Shown: piece after piece, positions 40,151-52,385 of the stretch
Layout of the letters: each line of letters starts with the position of its first letter
Position numbering within the stretch: position 1 is the stretch's first letter
Source: Octopus vulgaris
Lineage: Eukaryota
Length of the DNA: 64,000 nucleotides
Assembly: GCA_951406725.2 (NCBI GenBank)
Contig: OX597824.1
Span: 33,480,001 to 33,544,000 of the forward strand
Direction: 5' to 3'
The notes under the pieces: generated by a model
What the model was told of the DNA's origin: nothing
What the model saw: the letters and a program-made list of their open reading frames with translations, nothing else
Databases searched by the model: none
Program-made: the position numbers and the translations under genes

Positions 40151-41932
40151 TATAGAATACAAAGAGAATAAAGCTCAAAATCAATCAAGACCTACATGTT
40201 GAAGACAAAAGTTAAAAATCAAGAAAAGCATGATATTCAATCAATAATTGTGAACATTTGAACTTCTGATAAAAATGTCCGTCCATGACCTGGATTTCCA
40301 TTTCATTTAAAACCTTGTTAATTGCACTTATCTCTAATCCCGCTGGAAAAGAAACTGACATCACGTCATCTCATATCTTTTCCCTGTGGGATCTTGCATC
40401 CAATGAAAATAAATCGATATTCAATAATTCAAACGCTAAGAAAGTCTCTTTTCTTAACACTCGTGACATTATGACGAAACATAAATCAATATTTATTTTT
40501 CTTTTGATGCTAATGCACTGTAATAACAAAAAAGGGAACACTATAACATTCTATTTAACTTCCTTTTAAAAAAAGACACAAATACGCTGGTTAATGGAAG
40601 AGAACCGACATTAAATCTATATAATAATCTGTTTGTTCGTTCGCCCGTGGTACATTTGTTTGTTAGAGAGGTGGTGGTGATGTGAGTGAGAAGTGGAGTA
40701 AGAGTGAGAGGGAGTGAAGAAAAAGAGAGGAAGAAGTAACGAAAGGTGACATATTAACACACTTAGGCCAAATGGTCACGTGGTCAGCTGAAGGTAGAGG
40801 CGAAGAACGAAAGAAAAAGACGACGAGAGAAAAAGAGGGAGAAAGAAGTGTTAAGGACGTGCGGTAAGGTAAGGAAGGAATGCTTATTACGTGGTTAAAA
40901 AGTTAGCTGAAGGGAAAGGTAGATAGGGAGATGTGAACAGGGAAGGTAGTTATATTGAGAGAGAGAAAGAAAGAGAGAGAGAGAAAGAGAAAGAGAGAGA
41001 GAAATAGAGAGAGAGAGAAAGAGAAAGAGAGAGAGCGAGCATTGGTGGGGGTGATGTGTTGATAATGAAAAGCATTTATTTTATCGAACTAATTTTTTTA
41101 TAACGATCATCACATACGCGCAAGTGCAATCATTTGTCGCCAGCTCGCTTTAAAAATTGATTTTATAGATTATGATATTTGTTTATAAGAATTAATTTAG
41201 CGTAAACTCTGAATTCAAAAGAAAAATAATTGCAAGCTGCCCTAGAAAGGATGCGCAGATATACAGCACGGATCAGAGAGGAACAGTGAGAAGATATAAT
41301 AGAAATGGGTAAAAGACAACACAGACTAAGACGTGAGGAAATGAATGCAGACAAACCTCAAGAATATTTAAAGAAAGCTAAACTGCATATTATAAAAATG
41401 TAAATCATCCTTTCTTTCCTAAGTAGGTCCTCTGAATGTTTTCAATTCCATGGAATTTCCACGGTTCCCACTAGCCATTATTATTAGCATTATCACATTC
41501 CAAACACTGGAGCTTTGGATTCTCTTATATCAGTATTACCTGTTAAATTCTTCCCCAAGTCTTCCTTGAACTGCAATCAGACTTGGTGTAGTAAAAACAC
41601 AGTTTTATTTCTACTAAAAATACGAAGACGATATTTCAAACGAGCGAGTAAAATATAGAGCAAGAATTCTAAAGATATCTACAAAAGTGAAAATGGAACT
41701 TGAGAAAATCCTGTCCCTGAACTTACAACAGCAAGTGGTTATGCTGTGATGTGGGAATGACTCGGTCAACACAAGTCGATAGGTAACTTTTAGATTGAGA
41801 GAGAGGATCAACTGAATCCGTAAGGATGTAATCTTTAATGGTAGGCCTGCTGACATTAGAAACAGCAGCATATCTGTCATGAAACTTTAACCATTGTTTC
41901 TGTTTAAAAGCTCGTTAACAATCAGAATTAAC

Positions 41933-42562
41933 GGATATTTTTCTTTTGAACGGCAGATGTCAACACAATTTCTAGTTAACTAACCACTTTTAAACTTCGT
42001 ATACTGGTAGAATGTGTTTATAAAACATCATTTTCTCTTGGTTTTATTGAGAAAATTCTATAGTTTGTAAGATATTTCGTCTGAAAATCCGAGCATTTCG
42101 GCAATTTTAACCAATTAATTACCTCCATTCAACTAAATTCATTTGCTGCGTCTAAAACTGAGACAACATCCTGTAACTAACTCTAAATCTCCCCCCTAAC
42201 CCTAACCCTATTTTTTTTTCTTAATTGTTACATTAATTTAATTCCATTGCTTTAGTTTTTTTACACGCGTATCAATTAAATTAATTTACCAATTAAGAAA
42301 AAAAATTTAGGGTTAGGGTTAGGGTTAGGGTTAGTTACAGGATGTTGTCTCAGTTTTAGACGCAGCAAATGATTTTAGCTCAAAAGAGAGCATAGGATTG
42401 GTTAAAATTCGAAAAATTAAGCTACGTTAAACAAACAAATTACAATTTTCTCAAGAAAGCCAAAAGAAAAAAATGTTTTATTTTGACACATTCTACCAGT
42501 ATACGAAGTTTTAAAGTGTTTAGTTAACTAGAAATTGTCTGCCGTTCAAAAGGAAAAGATCC
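41933..42562. mobile_element. Foldback MITE with telomere-like repeats in both arms
   Basis: Long inverted arms, termini ggata../..gatcc, 8-bp TSD GAATTAAC (41925-41932, 42563-42570), ccctaa and ttaggg tracts. Confidence 0.9.
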
Positions 42563-42847
42563 GAATTAACAAGTCCGCGAGAGCGAACAACGTCACTTTT
42601 GAAGAAGATTTTTTCTGGTGTCTTATAGTCGAGAGAAATCAAGGACATCATAAAAAGTGTACATCTTTGTGATTTGTTCTTTTGTCTTATTGACTGATTT
42701 GGGGAAAATGTCAAAGGGAGTTTCCTTATTCTTGGACTACAACTGATAGTATTTTCGTTGGTTTTTTTTTCTCTCTCTTAAATTTGATTGAGATGTGATG
42801 TGGAATTGTTGATCCTGCTAAATTTCTTTCTATAACTTTCTATAACA

Positions 42848-43238
42848 GGCGCGGGAGTTGCTGTGTGGTAAGTAGCTTGCTTACCAACCACATGGTTCCG
42901 GGTTCAGTTCCACTGCAGGGCACTTTGGGCAAGTGTCTTCTACTATAGACTTGGGCCGACCAATGCCTTGTGAGTGGAGTTGGTAGACGGAAACTGAAAG
43001 AAGCCCGTCGTGTATATGTATATATATGTATGTGTGTGTTTGTGTTTGTCCCCCCCCCCACATCGCTTGACAACCGATGCTGGTGTGTTTATGTCCCTGT
43101 AACTTAGCGGTTCGGCAAAAGAGACCGATAGAATAAGTACTAGGCTTACAAAGAATATGTCCTGGGGTCGATTTGGTCGACTAAATGGAGTGCTCCAGCA
43201 TGGCCGCAGTCAAATGACTGAAACAAGTAAAAGAGTAA
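42848..43238 (+). mobile_element. SINE family A, full length
   Basis: Family A consensus match. Confidence 0.9.
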
Positions 43239-43364
43239 CTTTGTCCTTATGCTAATGATAAAAAGATGGTCGATGTAAAGCTAAGAAATTATTTGCCTAT
43301 TCGGTTATGACAGGGTGTGAGTAAACTAAACGGAATGTGTGTGTGTGTGTGCGTGTGTGCGTGC

Positions 43365-43397
<33 letters not shown>

Positions 43398-43608
43398 GGG
43401 TATCCATATCTGTCAGTATGGCCTGCAGCTGATATAACGTTTCTGCGATAAGAACAATATCATCTACTAATCAGAGGTGTGTTTGCAGTTCACTTTTTGA
43501 CACCTTATTTCCAGTCAGAGTCTCTAATGACCGTTTCGAGAAATGCAGTGAAGATTGTCGGAGAGTTAGTACCTCTTTTGACGCATCCCAACTGGTACTC
43601 ATATCGGT

Positions 43609-43932
43609 ACCGGGCGTTGTGAGTGTTTATTGAGCGGAAACACCTAAAGCTCCACGAGGCTCCGGCAGGGGATGGTGGTGATCCCTGCTGTACTCTTTCA
43701 CCACAACTTTCTCTCACTCTTACTTCCTGTTTCTGTTGTACCTGTATTTCAAGGGGCCAGCCTTGTCACTCTCTGTGTCACGCTGAATATTCTCGAGAAC
43801 TACGTTAAAGGTGCACGTGTCTGTGGAGTGCTCAGCCACTTACACGTTAATTTCACGAGCAGGCTGTTCCGTTGATTCGGATCAACCGGAACCCTCATCG
43901 TCGTAACCGACGGAGTGCTTCCACCATCCACC
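43609..43932 (+). mobile_element. 5'-truncated chimeric SINE (family B-like 5' body, family C-like 3' body)
   Basis: 12-bp TSD ACTCATATCGGT (43597-43608, 43933-43944). Confidence 0.85.
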
Positions 43933-44319
43933 ACTCATATCGGTGGAGAAAGCTGAGTTAAATCGGTGAAACATCACGAGTTCGACTTCTTAAGAAGTTA
44001 TATTCGTATGTATTGTGTCTGCATTCATCTTGCTGCTCTCGAAGGTCTTTCTGCAGTCTATGAAGGTGATACAAAGAAGCAACTTATACCCTTCCACTCG
44101 TTCAAGAATCAGAATGAATATATGGTATATCATGCTGTAGTTCTTCCGAAAACCTTCTAATTCCTTTGGTTGTTGGTAGAGAGTTCAATACTACGACCTT
44201 TGTAAATAGCTTTAATAATAATGTTCTGATTATAATATGATTTAATTAGAGTTCAAAATGGAACAATATTCTTATATTTTTCATTTTCACTCTTTTAATA
44301 AAACAAGACTGTAATTCTT

Positions 44320-44765
44320 AGATCTTTTCGGTTTGAACGGCAGTTTTTTCTAGCGGTGTCATATGAAATTGTCACCCATAAATATGACCCTAGTATCGAT
44401 CTATTGTATTTCAATCTGTTTTAGGGTTAGGATTAGTTAGGGTTAGGGTTAGGGTCAGGGTTAGGGCTGGGGGAAGGGTATCTTTTTTCCTTCACACATG
44501 TAAATAAACCCAATCTGTTTCTTAAATGAGGGACATATTCATACGGCACAGAATGTTTTTTTTACCTCAATAGACGCCAGTGATTGGTTGAAATTGCAGA
44601 AATTGAAGAAAAACAGCAACAAATATCTTACAAACTATAGACTTTTCTCAATAAAGTCAAGAGAAAAAGATGTTTTATAAACACATTCTACCAGTATACG
44701 AAGTTTAAAATTTTTTAGTTACCTAGAAATTATGTTAAAAACTGCCGTTCAAACCGAAGAGATCC
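44320..44765. mobile_element. MITE with internal (TTAGGG)n, opposite orientation to 25682-26121
   Basis: TIR gatcttttcggtttgaacggcagtttt; 8-bp TSD TAATTCTT (44312-44319, 44766-44773). Confidence 0.9.
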
Positions 44766-45121
44766 TAATTCTTCTTTCAAATATGAAATTACAACGTAGA
44801 ACAAGGATTTCCTCCATTCCTTAACAATTTTGTTATTGTACCATCTTATTCTCAGGTTTTATCTCACCCTCCCGTCAGCATTAAAGCGTTCCCAAAGTAG
44901 GTGTCACTTCTTCCAACGTTTGTAACAGTGCACACATTCACGCGCGCGCGCACACACACAATACACAGATTCATTCATTCATTCATTCATTTATTTGTTT
45001 GTTTATAATTCAACAAAGAAGTAAAAGCTTCGCATACTTTACTGTGATACAGTGATAAAGTTTTCAAAGTATTCTCTCTTTGTGTTTTTTTAACATAAAT
45101 CTCCTTGCATGAAACCTCTTA

Positions 45122-45166
<45 letters not shown>

Positions 45167-45231
45167 TTTATATATATATATATTGAACTCCTTCTATATA
45201 ATAAATTAAACTGTACCTTACTTTTCGTTTT

Positions 45232-45276
<45 letters not shown>

Positions 45277-45340
45277 ATATTTTTTTCATATTTTTCATTT
45301 TTTCATATATTATATTTTTTTTACATTCATTTCATATTTT

Positions 45341-45512
45341 CCACGCTCCTACACGCATTTTTTTCTCTCCTTGTTTTTTTCTGTGTATTTTCTGTCGAAG
45401 AGCGTAGGCTCGAAACGTAAAAGACTTTTTCTATTCCTGAGCGCTATACTAATACATTTGTTTGTTTGTACTCCACCTGCCTTCGTCTTTTGTTTATTTT
45501 CGTAAACTTTCC

Positions 45513-45516
<4 letters not shown>
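45341..45516 (+). mobile_element. Element E copy 4, variant hammerhead at 45387-45424
   Basis: Core CUGUCGA; ends in (TA)n. Confidence 0.75.
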
Positions 45517-45552
<36 letters not shown>

Positions 45553-45639
45553 CAAAACTTCCGTCTACCAAATCCACTCACAAGGCATTGGTCGGCCCGG
45601 GGCTATAGCAGAAGACACTTGCCCAAGACGCCACGCACG

Positions 45640-46011
45640 CCCAGTACAAGGCCAATGGACGGAGTTGTCAAACATTTAAACCAAATTTTCTCAAAACAAC
45701 TTATCCGACCGTCCCATAGGTCTCCCCTTTGAGGAAAACTGATTTAACCTAAATTTGAGACACCAGCAAAAGAAGAAATAACGATAGACTTTTTTCTATT
45801 CCAAGAAAAAACGATTTTACAAATGCACGTTCCCACGGCTTTATCGATTGCATTCTCACCTGGAATCGATTTTTGTAATTTTTGCAAGACTTATACATGC
45901 CCTGATACCGTCGGTATCTACATATCAAATTTGAGCGCAATCGGATGGAGGATGCCCGAGATCCTAGAAGACACACGCATAGACAGACAGAACGGATTTT
46001 ATATAATAGAT
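45640..46011 (-). mobile_element. Helitron/DINE-like non-autonomous element, truncated
   Basis: Minus strand starts atctattatataaaatccgttctgtctgtct, similar to the start of the 50499 element. Confidence 0.55.
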
Positions 46012-46287
46012 ATATGACTAAGGGTACAAGATAGTACTAGCGTTGCTAGAAATAGGAGTCGAAAAATACTAAACAAGCCACAATAACACTGAAAATTTGA
46101 CAAGCTTACGAAATCGAGAACCAAGTAAAAAGTCACCCAAATGAATTTATAGATATACCCTGGTACTAGTATGTACCCTTAATTATAAATTTATAACTTT
46201 ACCTTTTTGGTCTTAATGCTTGACAGCCACTTATATTATTACTATTATTATCATTATTATTTATTAATAATAATATCTTTATTTTCT

Positions 46288-46656
46288 CTTTTCTCTTTCT
46301 CTTTTACTTGTTTCAGTCATTTGACTGCAGCCATGCTGGAGCACCGCCTTTAGTCGAGCAAATCGACTCCAGGACTTATTCTTTGTAAGCCTAGTACTTA
46401 CCAGCATCGGTTGTCATGCGATGTTGGGGGGGACAAACATAGACACACAAACATATACATACACTTACACACACACAGATACAGATATATATACGACGGG
46501 CTTCTTTCAGTTTCCGTCTACCAAATGCACTCACAAGGCTTTGGTCGGCCCGAGGCTATCGTAGAAGACACTTACCCAATGTGCCACGCAGTGGGACTGA
46601 ACCCGGAACCATGTGGTTGGTAAGCAAGCTACTTACTGCACAGCCACTCCTGCGCC
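46288..46656 (-). mobile_element. SINE family A with internal deletion
   Basis: Family A match lacking about 55 bp of the 3' body. Confidence 0.9.
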
Positions 46657-46775
46657 TGTATAATTATACACTTATGTATAATTATACACTTCTATCGCTT
46701 AAATTTGGCGCTATTCTATCAACGATTTCGACAAGCATGACGAAGCGGGTATTAGTTTAACCCCAAGCAGCGAGA

Positions 46776-46830
46776 CATACTGAAGAGAACTAAGAGTAAT
46801 ATCTCAGAGTTCGAAATCACGTGATATGGG
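46776..46830 (+). ncRNA. Hammerhead core with palindromic stem III and weak stem I
   Basis: CAUA-CUGAAGA-GAACU...AGUUC-GAA-AUCACGUGAU-A-UGGG. Confidence 0.55.
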
Positions 46831-46979
46831 AATATCTGTAAATTCATTTGCGTCTTTCCCCCGCAATGGTAGGTTCACTTCTTCCTTGCTCTTCGATTTC
46901 ACCATGGAGTTTCAATGTAAATGGATGCAAATGGAGTTTCAATGTAATAATCTTTAAATCGCTATATGTTGTATGTAAA

Positions 46980-48015
46980 GGCGGCGAGCTGGCAGAAGCG
47001 TTACCATGCCTGGCGAAATGCGTAACCGTATTTTGTCTGCCGCTACGTTCTGAGTTCAAATTCCGTCGAGGTCGACTTTGCTTTTTATCCTTTCGGAGTC
47101 GATAAATTAAGTACCAGTTACGCACTGGGGTCGATATAACCGACTTAATCCGTTTGTCTGTCCTTGTTTGTCCTCTCTGTGTTTATCCCCTTGTGGGTAG
47201 TAAAGAAATAGCTTTATGTCGTATGTATTGAAGTCTCCCTTTAATAATGGTTTCAAATTTTGGCACAAGGCCAGCAATTTCGGAGTAGAGGTTAAGTCGA
47301 TTTGATCGACCCCAGTGCTCAACTGGTACTTATTTTATCGACTCCGAAATGAGGAAAGGCAAAGTCGACCTCGGCGGTATTAGAACTCAGAACGTAGATT
47401 TGCCGAAATGCCGCTAAGCATTTTATTTTTCCTGTGCGGTAACGATTCTGCCAACTCGCCGCCTTAAGTTTGCCTTTAATGTTGGTTTCAAAGTCGTTCT
47501 GAGTTCAAATTTCGCTGAGGTCGACTTCGCCTTTCATCCTTTCGGGATCGATAAAATAAGTACCAGTTGAGCACTGGAGTGGATGCAATCGATTTAACCC
47601 CCACCCTTGATGTTGCTGGCCTTGTGCCAAAATTTGAAACCAATACTGTTTTCAAATTATTTTATCGACTCCAAAAGAAAGAAAGACGGAGTAGACTCCG
47701 GCAGCGCTGGAACTCAGAACTTAAAGTTGGTGAAATGCCTCTAAGCATTTTTTCCAGGGCCGTAACGATTCTTCCAGCCCGCTGACTTAAGTCTCCCTTA
47801 ATTCTTTCTACTATAGGCACAAGTCCTGAAATTTTGGCGAAGTGGGTAAGTCGATTACATCGACCCAGTGCACAACTGTAACTTATTTTATCGAACCCGA
47901 AAGGATGAAAGACAAGGTCGACCTCGGCGGCATTGGATCTCAGAATGTAAAGATGGTGAAATTCCGCTAAACATTTTTTTTTTCCAGAAGGGTAACGATT
48001 CTTCCAGCTCGTTGA
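46980..48015. mobile_element. Cluster of about 5 family D SINE units in mixed orientation
   Basis: +46980-47212, -47245-47464, +47494-47645, -47660-47790, -47805-48015. Confidence 0.85.
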
Positions 48016-48345
48016 CTGAGGTTTCCCTTCAATAATAATGTTCCTATTATATCATGATGTAGTTAGTTATATATTTTGGCGGAACGGTTCTTTACATATG
48101 TTTATCATATTAATGTTCTGTATTGCTTTTTTTTTTTTTTTTTAGTTTTCTTCAAATTTTTAAAAAACTTTTTATTCATTTGTTGAATGTTTATATATCC
48201 CAGTATGTCGCTCTCTGTGTCCAAGTATTGTTTGTAGTTCCTGTGTACTGCGTCGCCAAACTAGTACGTGTCATAAAGCCTTCATTGTGATTTGGTTTGC
48301 ATTAACGAGATAAGGATTTGAGAGCATGCTAGTCTTTTAGATGTA

Positions 48346-48483
<138 letters not shown>

Positions 48484-48538
48484 CATGTAGTGGGATCAAA
48501 ATTTAAATTACACACTTGATGTTATTTATATTCAGAAT

Positions 48539-48870
48539 GTGAGGGCGCGTGGCTTAGTGGTTAGGGCATTCGGCTCATGATCGTAAGGTTGTGAGTTCGA
48601 TTCCCGGCAACGCGTTGTGTCCTTGAGCAAGACACTTTATTTCACGTTGCTCCAGTCCACTCAGCTGGCAAAAATGAGTTGTACTTGTATTTCAAAGGGT
48701 CAGCCTTGTCACTCTCTGTGTCACGCTGATTATCTCCGAGAACTACGTTAAGGGTACACGTGTCTGTGGAATGCTCAGCCATTTGCACGTTAATTTCACG
48801 AGCAAGCTGTTCCGCTGATCGTATCAGCTGGGACCCTCGTCGTCGTAACCGGCGGAGTCTTTTTTTTTAG
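48539..48870 (+). mobile_element. SINE family C, full length, young
   Basis: tRNA head tggcttagtggttaggg..gagttcgattccc; 11-bp TSD ATATTCAGAAT (48528-48538, 48871-48881). Confidence 0.95.
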
Positions 48871-49087
48871 ATATTCAGAATATCTTATATCCTTGTTTTG
48901 CTCATATTTTTTTCTTTTACGATGTTTAAACGATGAACAATGACGAACTTGGCTTTAGCTTTTGCTTAGGTTTTTTTTATACCCTATGCTTTGTGCTGTT
49001 TCGTTATTTTTAGTTTGTTTTGTTTTGTTTTTTTTTGACTTTGTATAATGTGCAGCAAGATTATTGTTAGAACTAGGTACATTATAT

Positions 49088-49412
49088 TAAAGACTCCGCC
49101 GGTTACGACGACGAGGGTCCCAGCTGATACGATCAACAGAACAGCTTGCTCGTGAAATTAACGTGCAAATGGCTGAGCATTCCACAGACACGTGTGCCCT
49201 TAACGTAGTTCTCGGGGATAATCAGCGTGACACAGAGAGTGACAAGGCTGACCCTTTGAAATACAAGTACAACTCATTTTTGCCAGCTGAGTGGACTGGA
49301 GCAACGTGAAATAAAGTGTCTTGCTCAAGGACACAACGCGTCGCCGGGAATCGAACTCACAACCTTACGATCATGAGCCGAATGCCCTAACCACTAAGCC
49401 ACGCGCCCTCAC
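49088..49412 (-). mobile_element. SINE family C, full length, young
   Basis: 12-bp TSD GGTACATTATAT (49076-49087, 49413-49424); nearly identical to the copy at 48539. Confidence 0.95.
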
Positions 49413-49605
49413 GGTACATTATATGAACATAATGCAGTTCCTTTTCAACCAAATTACTTTTAGAATTCAATATTTCAATATGGTTTGCTCATTTTTATGT
49501 CAGAACGGATTAGTTTGCGAAGAGATCTGTCTGTTAGATCTATCTAAACGAACAATCGCTCAGTGGTGTTCTCGCTCGCTCTTATAAACAGAATATTATT
49601 AATAA

Positions 49606-50490
49606 TTCTTGGTACAAGGCCACCAATTTCGGAGAAGAGTAAGTCAATTACATCGACCTCCGGTGCTCAACTAGTTCTTATTTTATCGATTCCGAAAAGG
49701 TGAAAGGGAAAGTCGATTTCGGCAGTAGAAGAATATTACTAATATTCTTTTCTACTCTAGGACACAAGGCCCGAAATTTTGTGGGAGGGGGCCAGTCGAT
49801 TAGATCGACTCCAGTATGCATGTGGTACTTAATTTATTGACTTCGAAAAGATGAAAAGTAAAGTCGACCTCGGCGGAATTTGAACTCAGAACGTAGCGGC
49901 AGACGAAATACCTATTTCTATTTCTTTACTACCCACAAGGAGCTAAACACAGAGAGGATAAAGAAGAACAAACAAACGGATTAAGTCGATTACATCGACC
50001 ACAGTACGTAACTGCTACTTATGTTATCGACCCCGAAAGGATGAAAGGCAAAGACGACCTCGGCGGAATTTGAACTCAGAACGTAGCGGCAGACGAAATA
50101 CCTATTTCTTTACTACCCACAAGGAGCTAAACACAGAGAGGACAAACAAACGAGGACAGACAAACGGATTAAGTCGATTATATCGACCCCAGTGTGTAAC
50201 TGGTACTTTATTTATCGACCCCGGAAGGGGTCGCACTGGGGTCGATATAATCGACTTAATCCGTCTGTCTGTCCTTGTTTGTCTCCTCTGTGTTTAGTCC
50301 CTTGTGGGTAGTAAAGAAATAGGTATTTCGTCTGTCTTTACGTTCTGAGTTCAGATTTCACCGAGGTCGACTTTGCCTTTCATCCTGTCGGAGGCAATAA
50401 ATTAAGTACCAGTTGCCTACTGGGGTCGATCTAATCGGCTGTTCCCCTCCCCCAAAATTTCGGGCCTTGTGCCTAGAGTTGAAAAGAATA
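49606..50490. mobile_element. Multimeric family D SINE array with an inversion junction near 50225
   Basis: Tandem units of about 190 bp on the minus strand to 50225, then the plus-strand mirror 50234-50490. Confidence 0.85.
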
Positions 50491-50498
50491 ATCAGCAA

Positions 50499-51340
50499 TC
50501 TCTATCTCTATATAATATAAAAGGCAGTTTGTCTGTCTGTGTGTCTGTCAGGTTGTACCCTCACCCTGACCACGGCTTTCAACCGATTCTGATGAAACTT
50601 GACACACACATAGCCCAATGTCATAATTCAAAACTAACGCAGCGAAAATTTTGAAAAGTTCCCCCAGTTCTGAAAAATATTGATAAATTCGACATGGGGT
50701 CGAGAATCTAAGCTTATCATATGCAACACATTTTCCGTTGTAGTTTTCGCAACTTGCAATCGATTTTCACCAAACTCATGGTGAAGCTTAATGTTACCCC
50801 AAGGAACTTAATTCTGACGTTAGTTTTCCATGCAATACCTTACCATTAGGAAAAATCGATAAAATCATGCCATTTTGGGAAATCGCGTTCAAATTCAAGA
50901 TGATATATTTTCGACAATATCTTTAACAAATTGGCAGGAAATTTTTTTTGAAATTCACAGCGAGCATCATGTCTGCTCCAAGGAGCTATATGGCCCTTTT
51001 GATTCCAATAGGATATGTTATTACTGGAAAAAATCGGTTAATTACATCATATGTGGCACACGTAGCAAACCGATTTTTCTGCGATATTTTTTTAAAGTTC
51101 ACATAGATTTTCCCTACACCGATGTTGGACATCAAGTTTGCATTAAATGTCAAACTATCTACCTTTTGTCAATGCAGTTAACAAGTATTGGGAGAAATCG
51201 ACAAAACCATATCACTTTGAGACCGACCACGATTTTACAAAATAACGGTTCAATGAGTACAAAAAAGGGTAAAAGGTAAAGGGTATTGCTTATTGACAAA
51301 GTTTCTTACATACCCGGGCAACGCCGGGCTATGCTGCTAG
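50499..51340 (+). mobile_element. Non-autonomous Helitron
   Basis: A|TC start, internal GTCT repeats, 3' hairpin cccgggcaacgccggg, CTAG|T end; termini shared with 39764-40150 but different interior. Confidence 0.8.
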
Positions 51341-51928
51341 TTACCAATAAAACAGTACCCTATCACCTCTCCGCTCATTTGCTCATGTAAATTCATACAT
51401 ACAATAATTTCCCATACTTTACGAAACATAAACACAACTGTATGCAAAGAGGTAATTACTTCCTCTTACCATTTTCTAGACATAAACCCCCCACAACTAC
51501 CTCAAGCCTTCATCAAGCACTAGATTAGTAGCAGGTTACCAAATCTACCAGTTGCATTCTTACTTGTAACACTAACGAAACATCAAATAAAAACAACCAC
51601 TTACACTCAGCAACATATATGAATATCATTATCAGACACACAAGATAAAAATAGTAAGAATCTTCTGTAACATCTCCACAGCTTCCACAGCAGAGAAAGA
51701 AGACATTGTAGAGAAAACAATCTAAGTGCAAATGTATCGACATCACTCACATGCACCAAATTTGGCCAAGTTTTAGCTGTGTGGCTAAGAAGCTCGCTTT
51801 GCAGCCATGTGGTTTCGGGTTCAGTCTTATTGTGCGCCACCTAGGACAAGAGTCTTCTACGATAAACGCGAGCTAACAAATGCCTTGTAGGTAAATTTGG
51901 AAGACGGAATCTGAAAGAATCCCAAATT

Positions 51929-52003
<75 letters not shown>

Positions 52004-52130
52004 TTCGTCAACTGAACTTGACTACCTATATTGCTAGAAATAGAAGCTAAATTGCTCCAATGCTTTTACAAATCGCATGACGTATACTCTGATAGGGCCT
52101 GCGATCACCCCGAACACCGAACCAAGAATT

Positions 52131-52182
52131 CCTTAGACTGACCGGCTAGTTTCGGCTATTTCCGTAGCCATCTCCTGTAAGG
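52131..52182 (-). ncRNA. Hammerhead-like fold with variant core CAGGAGA
   Basis: CCUUA-CAGGAGA-U-GGCUA(CGGAAA)UAGCC-GAA-ACU(AGCCGGUC)AGU-C-UAAGG. Confidence 0.55.
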
Positions 52183-52334
52183 CCAGCTCGTTCTATTGAT
52201 TCCGGACTAGCTCACCTATCAAAATGTGTGTGTGTGTATATGTGTGTATGTATATGTGTATGTATATATATGTGTGTATGTGTGTGTGTGTATGTGTGTG
52301 TGTGTGTATGTGTGTGTGTGTGTATGTGTGTGTG

Positions 52335-52385
<51 letters not shown>

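Noticed and set aside
40617-41150. Third Helitron-like element
   Set aside because: Only the 5' TCTATATAATAA-like start is recognisable; no 3' hairpin or CTAG end was found.
43425-43480. Degenerate hammerhead (CUGAUUA...GAAACGUU, minus strand; similar at about 20170-20215)
   Set aside because: Core and stems are both broken, so it cannot be distinguished from chance.
44441-44470. TTAGGG arrays as a chromosome end or fusion scar
   Set aside because: They are short, degenerate and internal to TSD-flanked MITEs.
48539-48610. tRNA-like sequences (also 250-316, 49340-49412 and family A/D heads)
   Set aside because: They continue into SINE bodies, some with TSDs, so they are SINE heads rather than tRNA genes.
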